This document shows positions 9,353 to 18,188 of a stretch of DNA of 27,726 nt, piece after piece; positions within the stretch are counted from its first letter, which is position 1; each line of letters starts with the position of its first letter. The translations under genes were made by a program, and so were the position numbers. A model generated the notes under the pieces. It did not search any database. It had not been told where the DNA came from and saw only the letters and a program-made list of their open reading frames with translations. The stretch is from positions 1 to 27,726 of the forward strand of contig JBHIAT010000030.1 of NCBI GenBank assembly GCA_046758705.1, written 5' to 3'. This DNA comes from Candidatus Bipolaricaulia bacterium (GTDB lineage: Bacteria; Bipolaricaulota; Bipolaricaulia; JBHIAT01).

Positions 9353-11578
9353 ATGAATCGCTGGTCCGGTCTTTTGACGCTGGCAACCCTATTGATGACG
9401 TTATCGATGACGTTGACGACGGCAGCCACTCTGACTCAGGAATCCATCCCCACAACCTATCAGGTACAAGCGGGAGATTCTCTGTGGAAGATCGCCGAGC
9501 AGTTCTATGGAGATGGAACCCAGTGGGCAGTGATCGCTGAGGCGAATGGGATCGATGTGGAAAACCCCAGAGGCCTGCGCGTCGGGGAGTTGTTAATCAT
9601 TCCGGAGAGACAGGAGGAAGTGAGGCAACCAGCCACCACTCCGCTTATCCCTCGCGAAGTTCTATTCGGCAACCCGGACAAGGTCTCAGCCCGGCTCAGC
9701 CCTGATGGGACCAGGATAAGCTACCTCGCCCCAGTAGACGGCGTGCTCAACGTCTGGGTGGGACCTGCCAATGATCCCACAGCGGCCGAACCGGTCACAG
9801 ACGATACCGGCCGCGGCATCCGCATATACGGCTGGACCTTCACCAACGAACACATCCTGTATCTCCAGGATAAGGAAGGCGACGAGAACTGGCGGGTCTA
9901 CAGCGTGAACCTGTCCACCGGTGAGACGATGGATCTCACCCCCGTGGAGGGCGTGCAGGCCCGCATCCAGGGGATTAGCCCCGAGTTTCCAGACGAGATC
10001 ATCATCGGGCTTAACGACCGTATCCCTCAGCTTCACGACCTTTACCGTGTCAACATCGACACCGGTGAGAGGACGCTCGTCCTGGAAAATGAGGGGTTCT
10101 TAGGTTTCGTCATCGATGATGATTACAACGTCCGCTTTGCAAGGCGTATCACGCCTGACGGCGGGAGCGAAATTCTCAGCCCGACCGACGAAGGTGGCTG
10201 GGAGCCGTTCGTGAAGATCGCGATGGAGGACACCCTGACGACATCCCCCATCGGGTTCGATAAGACGGGCAGGGTTCTCTACATGTTCGACAGCCGCGGC
10301 CGGGATACGGCTGCGCTGACCGCCATCGACCTGGATACCGGTGACCAAAGGACTATCGCTGAAGACCCACGGGCCGATCTGAGCGACGCGATGATCCATC
10401 CAACGGAAAAGAATGTTCAGGCGGTTGCTTTCACCTACGAACGTAAGCAATGGCAGATCTTGGATAATTCTATTGCACCTGATCTGGCCTTCTTACGTAC
10501 CGTTGCCGACGGCGACGTTGAGGTGGTCAGCCGCACCCGCGACGACCGACGCTGGATCGTCGCCTACCTGCTGGACAATGGCCCAGTGCGCTACTATCGC
10601 TACGACCGTGAGGAGAAGAAAGCACAGTTCCTGTTCACGAACCGAAAATCGCTGGAGGATCTGCCTCTGGCTCACATGCACCCTGTGGTCATCCAATCGC
10701 GTGATGGGCTGAACCTGGTGAGCTATTACACATTACCGGTATGGAATGACAGGGACGGCGACGCCCGACCCGATGATAAGCCCTTACCCATGGTACTGGT
10801 TGTCCACGGCGGCCCGTGGTCACGCGACAACTGGGGCTACAACGCTTTGCACCAGCTACTGGCCAACCGAGGGTACGCGGTGCTGAGCGTTAACTTCCGC
10901 GGGTCTACCGGATTCGGAAAGGGATTCATCAATGCCAGTAACAAGGAGTGGGGCGGTAAGATGCACGATGACCTGATCGATGCCGTCGATTGGACCATCC
11001 AGGAAGGGATCGCCAATCCCGATCAGGTGGCAATCATGGGCGGCAGCTACGGCGGATACGCCACCCTGTGGGGCATGACGAATACACCGGAGACGTTCGC
11101 CTGCGGGGTGGACGTTGTAGGCCCGTCGAATCTTGTGACGGTGTTTGAGTCGATCCCGCCGTACTGGCAGCCGCAGGTCGAGCTGTTTGCGACGCGCGTG
11201 GGCGACCACCGAACGGAGGAGGGCCGGGCGTTCCTGATTCGGCGCTCCCCGTTGACCTATGTCGATCGAATTGCGAGGCCGTTATTGATCGGTCAGGGAG
11301 CCAACGACCCGCGCGTTAAGCAGACCGAGTCCGACCAGATCGTCCAGGCGATGCAGGAGAAGAATGTCCCGGTGACATACGTGCTGTACCCGGACGAGGG
11401 ACACGGCTTCGCCCGTCCGGAGAACAACCTCGCGTTCTTCGCCGTCACTGAGGCGTTCCTCGCTGAGTGTCTGGGTGAGCGATATGAGCCCATTGGTGAT
11501 GACTTTGAGGGATCAAGCATCACCGTTCCCGCTGGAGCCGAGCAGATCCCCGGTTTGATGGAAGCTCTTTCTCGTTGA
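9353..11578 (+). CDS. Secreted LysM-domain S9 (prolyl oligopeptidase/acylaminoacyl peptidase) family protein
   Basis: Signal peptide; LysM (YQVQAGDSLWKIAEQFYGDG...LIIP); VHGGP, GGSYGG, NDPRV and DEGHGF triad motifs. Confidence 0.93.
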   Translation: MNRWSGLLTLATLLMTLSMTLTTAATLTQESIPTTYQVQAGDSLWKIAEQFYGDGTQWAVIAEANGIDVENPRGLRVGELLIIPERQEEVRQPATTPLIPREVLFGNPDKVSARLSPDGTRISYLAPVDGVLNVWVGPANDPTAAEPVTDDTGRGIRIYGWTFTNEHILYLQDKEGDENWRVYSVNLSTGETMDLTPVEGVQARIQGISPEFPDEIIIGLNDRIPQLHDLYRVNIDTGERTLVLENEGFLGFVIDDDYNVRFARRITPDGGSEILSPTDEGGWEPFVKIAMEDTLTTSPIGFDKTGRVLYMFDSRGRDTAALTAIDLDTGDQRTIAEDPRADLSDAMIHPTEKNVQAVAFTYERKQWQILDNSIAPDLAFLRTVADGDVEVVSRTRDDRRWIVAYLLDNGPVRYYRYDREEKKAQFLFTNRKSLEDLPLAHMHPVVIQSRDGLNLVSYYTLPVWNDRDGDARPDDKPLPMVLVVHGGPWSRDNWGYNALHQLLANRGYAVLSVNFRGSTGFGKGFINASNKEWGGKMHDDLIDAVDWTIQEGIANPDQVAIMGGSYGGYATLWGMTNTPETFACGVDVVGPSNLVTVFESIPPYWQPQVELFATRVGDHRTEEGRAFLIRRSPLTYVDRIARPLLIGQGANDPRVKQTESDQIVQAMQEKNVPVTYVLYPDEGHGFARPENNLAFFAVTEAFLAECLGERYEPIGDDFEGSSITVPAGAEQIPGLMEALSR

Positions 11579-11696
11579 TGCAGGATGTTGCACTCAGTCA
11601 CCGTAAACAGCCCTGACACCGGCTGCGATCAGTATGCCGACTGGTGGGATTGCGTTGCGCGGCAGCGTGACCGACGGCTTTGTCGACGACGACGGG

Positions 11697-12536
11697 TTAA
11701 CGGGCCGACTCGCCATAGACCTGGATCTCAACGGCTCCGGTGTTGCCGCCGCTGGTCTCGACCACCTCGAAGCGCAACCGCCGAGCGGTGAAGTCGGTGG
11801 CGAAGTAGTGGATGCCTGAGGCGTCTGCCAGCAAGAACGGACCGTGGGTGTCGCCACGGTCGGTCACCACGCGAAACGTGGAGATTTGCGCCGAACGCCC
11901 CATGGTGCGCGTCCAGAAACCGATGGCCGTGACGCGAGTCTCGCTGGGAAGCTCGATCTCGATCCAGGCGTCGCTCCCGTCGCCGTTTGAGGACCACTCC
12001 GTCCTCGGATCTCCGTCAATCGCGTGGTTGGCGCCGTAGGTACTATTGTTTCCCCGACCGCCGTAGTTGCTGCTCACCGCCACGACCTGTGCCCCCTGAC
12101 TGAGCAGGGCGAGGTTCTTGCCGGACGGCCGCTGCGGCGCGGGGGTCTCTGCCTTGGGTGTGCGGAACGTATAGTCTTGAGTGCTGTGATACAGGGTGCC
12201 GTCAGACCCCATGCCCCCGAACCGGAAGTGGTACTCGGTGTCCGGTTGCAGGCCGATCAGGACCGGGTGATGGTCCTGGTGGCCGCCTCCGGCCATATCG
12301 GAGTCAGTAGCCAGTTGACCGTAGGCAGTCGTCGTGCCATAGGCGACGGCACAGACAACCGGGATGTGGGTTTCCACCAGAACGGTCACCGAATGGGGCT
12401 GTAAATCGATTAACGTCGGCCCGCTGATCAGGATGTCTTCAAATGGCCGCACTCCCACCTGTGCTAGCGCTGACGTCGGAGACAGCATTCCCCCGAAGGC
12501 TGTCAGCAGCCCCACTAGCAAGATGGCAATCGTCAT
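11697..12536 (-). CDS. Exported protein with Fn3-like domain and C-terminal discoidin (F5/8 type C) domain
   Basis: Signal peptide ending ALA; V.YG...H...LIGLQPDTEYHFR Fn3-like motif; NLAL...AIDGDPRTEWSS...WIEIEL...AVEIQVYG discoidin motif. Confidence 0.82.
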   Translation of the reverse strand: MTIAILLVGLLTAFGGMLSPTSALAQVGVRPFEDILISGPTLIDLQPHSVTVLVETHIPVVCAVAYGTTTAYGQLATDSDMAGGGHQDHHPVLIGLQPDTEYHFRFGGMGSDGTLYHSTQDYTFRTPKAETPAPQRPSGKNLALLSQGAQVVAVSSNYGGRGNNSTYGANHAIDGDPRTEWSSNGDGSDAWIEIELPSETRVTAIGFWTRTMGRSAQISTFRVVTDRGDTHGPFLLADASGIHYFATDFTARRLRFEVVETSGGNTGAVEIQVYGESAR

Positions 12537-12649
12537 TCTACTTCCTCCTCCCCCCTGATCTTCTCAAGCGCCTCGGTGGCTGCCTGGCGCACGCGCCAGT
12601 CCGCATGTTGCAGATCTTCGATGAGTGCTTCAATCTCCTTCATCTTCAT
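12533..12649 (-). CDS. 38-aa single HEAT (PBS lyase-like) repeat microprotein, absent from the ORF track
   Basis: MKMKEIEALIEDLQHADWRVRQAATEALEKIRGEEEVE*; start overlaps aspS 3' end; stop forms ATGA overlap with the next gene. Confidence 0.65.
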   Translation of the reverse strand: MKMKEIEALIEDLQHADWRVRQAATEALEKIRGEEEVE

Positions 12650-14057
12650 CCCCAATCAGGCGCAGGTGCAACTCGCTGAGCTGCTCCTCCGTGACCGGAC
12701 CAGGAGCATCCATCACCGCTGTCTGGCCGGTGGCGCTCGTCGGAAATGGGACCACCTCCCGAATGCTCTTTTCACCCAGCAGCGTCATGAGAAACCGATC
12801 GGATGCCGCGATTCCGCCGTGAGGTGGGACGCCATATTGAAATGCCTCCAGCAGATGCCCGAACTTCTCCTCGATCTCCTCCTCGGTGTGTCCCAACGCT
12901 TTGAACACCTTGGCTAACACCGTCGGATCATGCGTTCGAATGCTGCCGCCGAAGATCTCATCACCGTTCAGGACCAAGTCGTACTGTTTCGCTCGGATCC
13001 TTAACAGATCCTCCAGTGATTCGGAGTCCAGGAGTTCGATCTGATCGTCACGGGGGGCGGTGAACGGATGGTGGGATGCACCCAACCGCTCATCCCCCTC
13101 CTTGTATTCGAATAACGGGAAGTCGACGATCCAGGCGTAGGCCAACCGTTCGAGATCGTTCGGATCGTCTCTGAGATCCGGATGATCATCCCCATACACG
13201 CTGACCACCTCATCGTAAGGGATCCTCGGGAACGGCTTCTCCTGAATCTTCTTCCCGATGACCTCCTCGCTCACGCCGATCACCAGCTCTTCAACCAGGC
13301 TCAGCACCTCCTCCTGGTCTACGAATGACATCTCCAGATCCAGTTGGGTGAACTCGAACAACCGGTCCTTTCGGATATCCTCATCACGGAAGCATCGGGC
13401 AAACTGGTAATACCGCTCCAGACCGGCCACCATCAGCAACTGTTTGTATTGCTGCGGCGATTGGGGCAACGCGTAGAACCGGCCGGGATAGTGACGGGAA
13501 GGCACCAGGAAGTCCCGAGCACCCTCCGGAGTCGATTTCGTCAGGATCGGAGTATCTATCTCGATAAATCCACGTTCATTGAGAAAATCCCGCACATATG
13601 TGTGATAACGATGGCGGATTTTCATGATCTCTCTCATTCGTGATCTACGAAGATCCAGATATCGGTACTTCGCCCGCAACATCTCTTCGATCTCGTAGCC
13701 GTCGCCATCGATCGAGAACGGCAGCGGGGCCGCCTTGATCAGCACCTCCAATCCCTCCGCCTGGACCTCCACCGTTCCGGAGATGATCTTCGGGTTAATC
13801 ATCCTTTCAGGCCTTCGCTTGACACTCCCGGTCACACGAATCACCCACTCCGGTTTGAGCAACTGAGCTCGTTCGTAGGCTTCGTTGCCGGGAACGAACA
13901 CGATCTGTATCAGGCCGTCTTTATCCCTCAGATCGATAAAGATGATCTTGCCGTGGTCCCGTCTCGCGTGGACCCAACCGGCCATCATCACCCGTTCATC
14001 GACCCGCGCGCTCACCTCGCTGGACAACACACGTTCCCGCCACTTCTGCTTCTCCAT
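12630..14057 (-). CDS. aspS: Aspartate-tRNA ligase, bacterial type, lacking GAD insertion, probably non-discriminating
   Basis: GWVHARRDHG, RYLDLRR, STPEGARDFLVPSR, LPQSPQQYKQLLM, FRDED, PPHGGIA; GAGGTG SD before ATG 14057; 475 aa. Confidence 0.96.
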   Translation of the reverse strand: MEKQKWRERVLSSEVSARVDERVMMAGWVHARRDHGKIIFIDLRDKDGLIQIVFVPGNEAYERAQLLKPEWVIRVTGSVKRRPERMINPKIISGTVEVQAEGLEVLIKAAPLPFSIDGDGYEIEEMLRAKYRYLDLRRSRMREIMKIRHRYHTYVRDFLNERGFIEIDTPILTKSTPEGARDFLVPSRHYPGRFYALPQSPQQYKQLLMVAGLERYYQFARCFRDEDIRKDRLFEFTQLDLEMSFVDQEEVLSLVEELVIGVSEEVIGKKIQEKPFPRIPYDEVVSVYGDDHPDLRDDPNDLERLAYAWIVDFPLFEYKEGDERLGASHHPFTAPRDDQIELLDSESLEDLLRIRAKQYDLVLNGDEIFGGSIRTHDPTVLAKVFKALGHTEEEIEEKFGHLLEAFQYGVPPHGGIAASDRFLMTLLGEKSIREVVPFPTSATGQTAVMDAPGPVTEEQLSELHLRLIGDEDEGD

Positions 14058-14076
14058 GACAGCACCTCTCACTCCT

Positions 14077-15159
14077 TCACTGAATTCTGAAAGGAGTCGG
14101 AACAAAGACGAGAATGAATAGGATGATGACAAACAGCGCCAATGTCCGGTAATGTCCTTCCAACGGGGTGATGTCGTTAAACGGGGTCGCATGGCGTTGG
14201 CCGAAAAAGAAGATCAACGCCGCCCACAGAAACCATCCGTTCCACAGGCGCAGACCGAGGCCGACGAGTGTCAAGATGATGACCCAATACAACGGCCGCG
14301 CCCGATTTCCCAACAGCGCGTAGACTGCATGGCCTCCGTCAAGCTGCCCGGCCGGGATCAGGTTCAGAGCTGTCACCAACAGCCCGACCCAACCGGCAAA
14401 CGCCACCGGATGCAGGAACACATCCTCCCCACCGCTCGGCAAGAACCGTCCGAAGATCCAGATCTTGAGCCCCGCGTACAACAGCGAGTTCCCTTCGATA
14501 AACGATATCCGATCTGGACTTGGCGGCGGAATGACATGCACTTCAGAGATTGACAATCCCAAGATCAGGATCGGGATAGCGAGGACCAGACCGGCTAGTG
14601 GACCGGCGGCGGCGATCGCCAGCAACTGGCGTCGGTCCTTCGGCGGACCCTGCATTCGGATGAATGCCCCCATAGTTCCCAACGCGAAGAACGGCATGGG
14701 AATGAAGTAAGGCAGACTGACGGGTACGTCGAAGCGTCTTGCGACCAGATAGTGCCCCATCTCGTGGGCTAACAGGATACTCAGCAAACTTAACGCGAAC
14801 TCCCAACCCTGGACTAAGAAGACCGAGATCAAGGTCGCTACAAACAGCGCTGCGGCCAACCATGGCCTCTCTCCACTTCTCGTCTGCGACAGCGTTCCTG
14901 GAATCGCCAGGATCGCTTCCTTCCCCCCGTCTTCGCGGAATAATGCCGTATAACCCAGCTCCCGGAACCGGGACGCAACCCGATCGTAGGCTCGGGATGC
15001 TTCGGTCAGAAACCGCCCACGCAACCGCACCACCCGTCTCCGCAACTGATCCGTGTCGAATTCCTGCTCGTGCACTTCGAACACGTCGATCACCGCGGCC
15101 CGCAGCTGGGCGACCATCTCAAAGCTCAACGGCTCACTGCTCTCAAAGTTTATCCCCAT
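14077..15159 (-). CDS. Site-2 protease (M50 family membrane zinc metalloprotease)
   Basis: HEMGH, AAAGPLAG, NLIPAGQLDGG; multiple TM segments. Confidence 0.93.
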   Translation of the reverse strand: MGINFESSEPLSFEMVAQLRAAVIDVFEVHEQEFDTDQLRRRVVRLRGRFLTEASRAYDRVASRFRELGYTALFREDGGKEAILAIPGTLSQTRSGERPWLAAALFVATLISVFLVQGWEFALSLLSILLAHEMGHYLVARRFDVPVSLPYFIPMPFFALGTMGAFIRMQGPPKDRRQLLAIAAAGPLAGLVLAIPILILGLSISEVHVIPPPSPDRISFIEGNSLLYAGLKIWIFGRFLPSGGEDVFLHPVAFAGWVGLLVTALNLIPAGQLDGGHAVYALLGNRARPLYWVIILTLVGLGLRLWNGWFLWAALIFFFGQRHATPFNDITPLEGHYRTLALFVIILFILVFVPTPFRIQ

Positions 15160-15168
15160 AATTCAGTA

Positions 15169-16164
15169 TCAATAGGCGAAGATCGCGATCAGGCCGAACG
15201 CCATCCCCAGGATCCAGAACCGGACCACAATCTGCGATTCGCTCCACTCGAAGTTCGGCAACAGATACGGATAGTCGACCCCTTCCGCTCGCTCGAAGTG
15301 GTGATGGAGCGGACTCACCTTGAAGACACGTTTTCCGAACAGCTTGTAGCTCATCACCTGAACGATCACCGACAGCGTCTCGACTACCAGAACTCCGCCC
15401 ACCACCAACAGCAGAAGTTCGGTACCCGTCAGGATCGCTAACGCTCCCACGAACCCGCCCAAAGCAAACGAGCCGGTATCCCCCAAGAACACCTGGGCCG
15501 GGTGGAAGTTAAACCACAGGAACCCAAGCAAGATCGAGACCATCACGATGATCGGCCCAAGCAGGTCGATCTCCCCTTGCAAGTAGACGAACATCGCATA
15601 GACCGACAGGATGATGATCGACGTTCCAGCCGCCAGCCCATCCAGCCCATCGGTCAGGTTCATGCCGTTGGTGGTGCTGAGCAACACCAGGATCACCAGG
15701 CCCAGGTACAGATAGGGAGACAGCACCAACTCCACATCCACGAACGGGACGAGGACCGGCCGACTCAGGAACAGATCTAGACGGAGCCCAAGGAAAAACA
15801 GGGCGGCGACTGCGATCTGGAGCACGAACTTCTGTCGTACCCCAAGCCCGAGCGACCGACCCCGTGACAGGCTCAGCAGATCGTCGACCAATCCGATCGC
15901 ACCATACCCCAGGGTTGCAAACAGGACCAACACAGATTTCAACGAAACACCGGCTGTATAGGAGCCCACGATCAGGACGACGAACACGAGTAGAACCACC
16001 GCTCCACCCATCGTCGGCGTTCCGCGCTTGTACTCATGGATCTTCGGTCCGTATTCACGGATATGCTGACCGAGATGTGCACGTCGCATCCACCGGATAA
16101 AATAGGGGATGAGCAGGACGGTCAGAATGAACCCCAGGCCCCCCAGGCCGAAATAAAGCCTGAT
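15169..16164 (-). CDS. mraY: Phospho-N-acetylmuramoyl-pentapeptide transferase; start inferred at ATC 16164
   Basis: KRGTPTMGG, GLVDD, NLTDGLDGL, FLGDTGS, PLHHHFE; first TM helix lies upstream of ATG 16089. Confidence 0.95.
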   Translation of the reverse strand: MRLYFGLGGLGFILTVLLIPYFIRWMRRAHLGQHIREYGPKIHEYKRGTPTMGGAVVLLVFVVLIVGSYTAGVSLKSVLVLFATLGYGAIGLVDDLLSLSRGRSLGLGVRQKFVLQIAVAALFFLGLRLDLFLSRPVLVPFVDVELVLSPYLYLGLVILVLLSTTNGMNLTDGLDGLAAGTSIIILSVYAMFVYLQGEIDLLGPIIVMVSILLGFLWFNFHPAQVFLGDTGSFALGGFVGALAILTGTELLLLVVGGVLVVETLSVIVQVMSYKLFGKRVFKVSPLHHHFERAEGVDYPYLLPNFEWSESQIVVRFWILGMAFGLIAIFAY

Positions 16165-16223
16165 CTTACCGTACCTCCCTCCTTCCAGGTTTCAGATATT
16201 CCTGATGCTATCCCCTCGTATCT

Positions 16224-18188
16224 CTATTCGACGAGGGTGGTTCCCGGCTTTGTCTCCTGAACCTGATCTGCTTCCGGCTTCTCCACTGGCTCCGGCTGCT
16301 GGATCGTGATCACCTGAGTCTCTTCGCCGAACAGCACGTAGCCGTCGATCTTTAGCTTCTGTATCGTCCCAGGTTGCAAACTATCGGGGTCTTCATCCCC
16401 TTCATCCCTGTTCTCATCGTCCTCGTCCTCGTCCTTGTCCTTGTCATCTTTGGAGAGCCCGATGAACTTGACCGTCAGCTGATCGTTGCTGTTGATTTCC
16501 TCGATCGCCTTAATGAGCTCTTCCAGGCTTTCGAACGTCTCCAGCTCCTCCTCCTCCTCATCGTTCTGGAACTGCTTGCCGCCGAATGCCTGGACGGTCA
16601 ACCGCGTGACGTCGGTATCCTCTGGGATTTTGAGTGTCCCTTCCTTGACCACGACCTCATCACGGTACGGCTTCAAAGCCACCTGGTAATTGACCAAATC
16701 TCCGGGGGCATAGGTCTCCCGATCGAACTCCAGGGAACGGATCTCCATCGCCTTGAGCTCGCTGCTCACCTCGATATCCACGTTGATCTCCCGCAGCTCG
16801 GGATCGTTGAACTCGTTGAACTCCAGGATATTGACCACCTGAGCGATCTGAATCGGGGCGGTGACCGCGATGTCACGGACGCTCAGGAAGACATCCCGTC
16901 GTTCCACGTCCCTCGGCAGACCGTCCCCCGATATCCGATAGCGCACCTCCAGCACCCCCGGTCCGATCCGGTTGAGGGTGGAATCGATCGTCTCCAGGGC
17001 AACTGACAATACCAGCAACGCGGCCAGGCGTTGCTCTTTGATCGTCTGAACCTCGAACTGCTGACTGGTGCTCAAGTCATCGTCGCTGATCGTGATTTGG
17101 ACCTGGACGCTCTCTGGTTCGACGCTGAGTGCACCGGCGATTCCCTGGAATCGGTCCTCCAAGATGGCTCCCAACGGCTCTCCAGCGATGCCCAGTTTGA
17201 ACGGAGCTTGAAGGCTGTTCACCGTGTCAGAGATGCGGGCCGTGGTGAGAAAGAAGTCGGAATCCCCGTTGAACAGGAAACTGTGACCGAAGGCCAGGAT
17301 CTTATCACTCTCCCGATAGGTCACCGTGCCGATCGCGGTGATGCTCACATCCCCATGGGTCAACTGGACCCCGAGCGGACTCCCCGGGACGATCTCTGTC
17401 GCATCGGAGTCGAAGCCTGTTGCACTTGCACTCGCCGACCCGATCCGATAGAAGCTGAGGTCGTAGCGGCCCAGCCCCTGTTCAAGATCGGTCGAGAAAC
17501 TCGGTGAGAAACCGGGCAAGCGGATCCCTGATCGCGCCTCTAACAGCTGAGGATCCATCTTCTGCACGCCGTCCAACCCCTCGATCAACAATTGCAGGGC
17601 GCGTTCACCAAGCCCGGCGACCGAGACAGGCGTGCTGATTTGCCTGAATCGGTTCTTGATGACATCGTTGCCGTGAAGATCTCCCGAATCGAGCCCTGTT
17701 GATTCTTGCCCTGGTTCCTGTTTCTCCGGTTCGCGATCCATCTCCACCTTATCTGCAACTGGCCCCAGCAGCTCCAGCATTACCTCAATCGGGGTGACCA
17801 GTCCGATCGGATCATCACTGTCGTCCCAGTTGGCGGCGCGACTGAGCGCACCGATCAACTTGCCGTCAATATAGACCGGGCTGCCGCTCATCCCTTGAGC
17901 AATCCCGCCGGCCCGATCGATGACATCGCCCCGAACCCGAACCACGATGAAGTCGTTCAACGTCTTGGGGTTATCCAGAATGTCGATGATCTCGACCTCA
18001 AACTCCTCGATGAGGTTCCCCTGAATGACCGTCTTGCCGATCCCCACCATTCCCGGTGTGAGCTGATCCATGAACAGAAACGCATTCCGTTTCCCTTCGA
18101 CAGCGAGCCCCGGCGTTGCGACAACGATCATCATCAGGAGAACGAGCAAGACCCCAAAGACTCTTTGTATAGGGTTAAGATTCCTCAT
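16224..18188 (-). CDS. Secreted SpoIVB-type peptidase S55 domain protein
   Basis: Signal peptide; GIAQGMSGSPVYIDGKLIGA; IGTVTY...AFGH; acidic C-terminal tracts. Confidence 0.9.
   Translation of the reverse strand: MRNLNPIQRVFGVLLVLLMMIVVATPGLAVEGKRNAFLFMDQLTPGMVGIGKTVIQGNLIEEFEVEIIDILDNPKTLNDFIVVRVRGDVIDRAGGIAQGMSGSPVYIDGKLIGALSRAANWDDSDDPIGLVTPIEVMLELLGPVADKVEMDREPEKQEPGQESTGLDSGDLHGNDVIKNRFRQISTPVSVAGLGERALQLLIEGLDGVQKMDPQLLEARSGIRLPGFSPSFSTDLEQGLGRYDLSFYRIGSASASATGFDSDATEIVPGSPLGVQLTHGDVSITAIGTVTYRESDKILAFGHSFLFNGDSDFFLTTARISDTVNSLQAPFKLGIAGEPLGAILEDRFQGIAGALSVEPESVQVQITISDDDLSTSQQFEVQTIKEQRLAALLVLSVALETIDSTLNRIGPGVLEVRYRISGDGLPRDVERRDVFLSVRDIAVTAPIQIAQVVNILEFNEFNDPELREINVDIEVSSELKAMEIRSLEFDRETYAPGDLVNYQVALKPYRDEVVVKEGTLKIPEDTDVTRLTVQAFGGKQFQNDEEEEELETFESLEELIKAIEEINSNDQLTVKFIGLSKDDKDKDEDEDDENRDEGDEDPDSLQPGTIQKLKIDGYVLFGEETQVITIQQPEPVEKPEADQVQETKPGTTLVE

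Noticed and set aside
9612-9622. Internal AGGAGG-GTG start giving a LysM-less peptidase
   Set aside because: Only 2-nt spacing and explained by Gln-Glu-Glu-Val codons
16400-16570. TCC/TCG-rich low-complexity repeats
   Set aside because: They encode Asp/Glu tracts of the S55 peptidase; not an array
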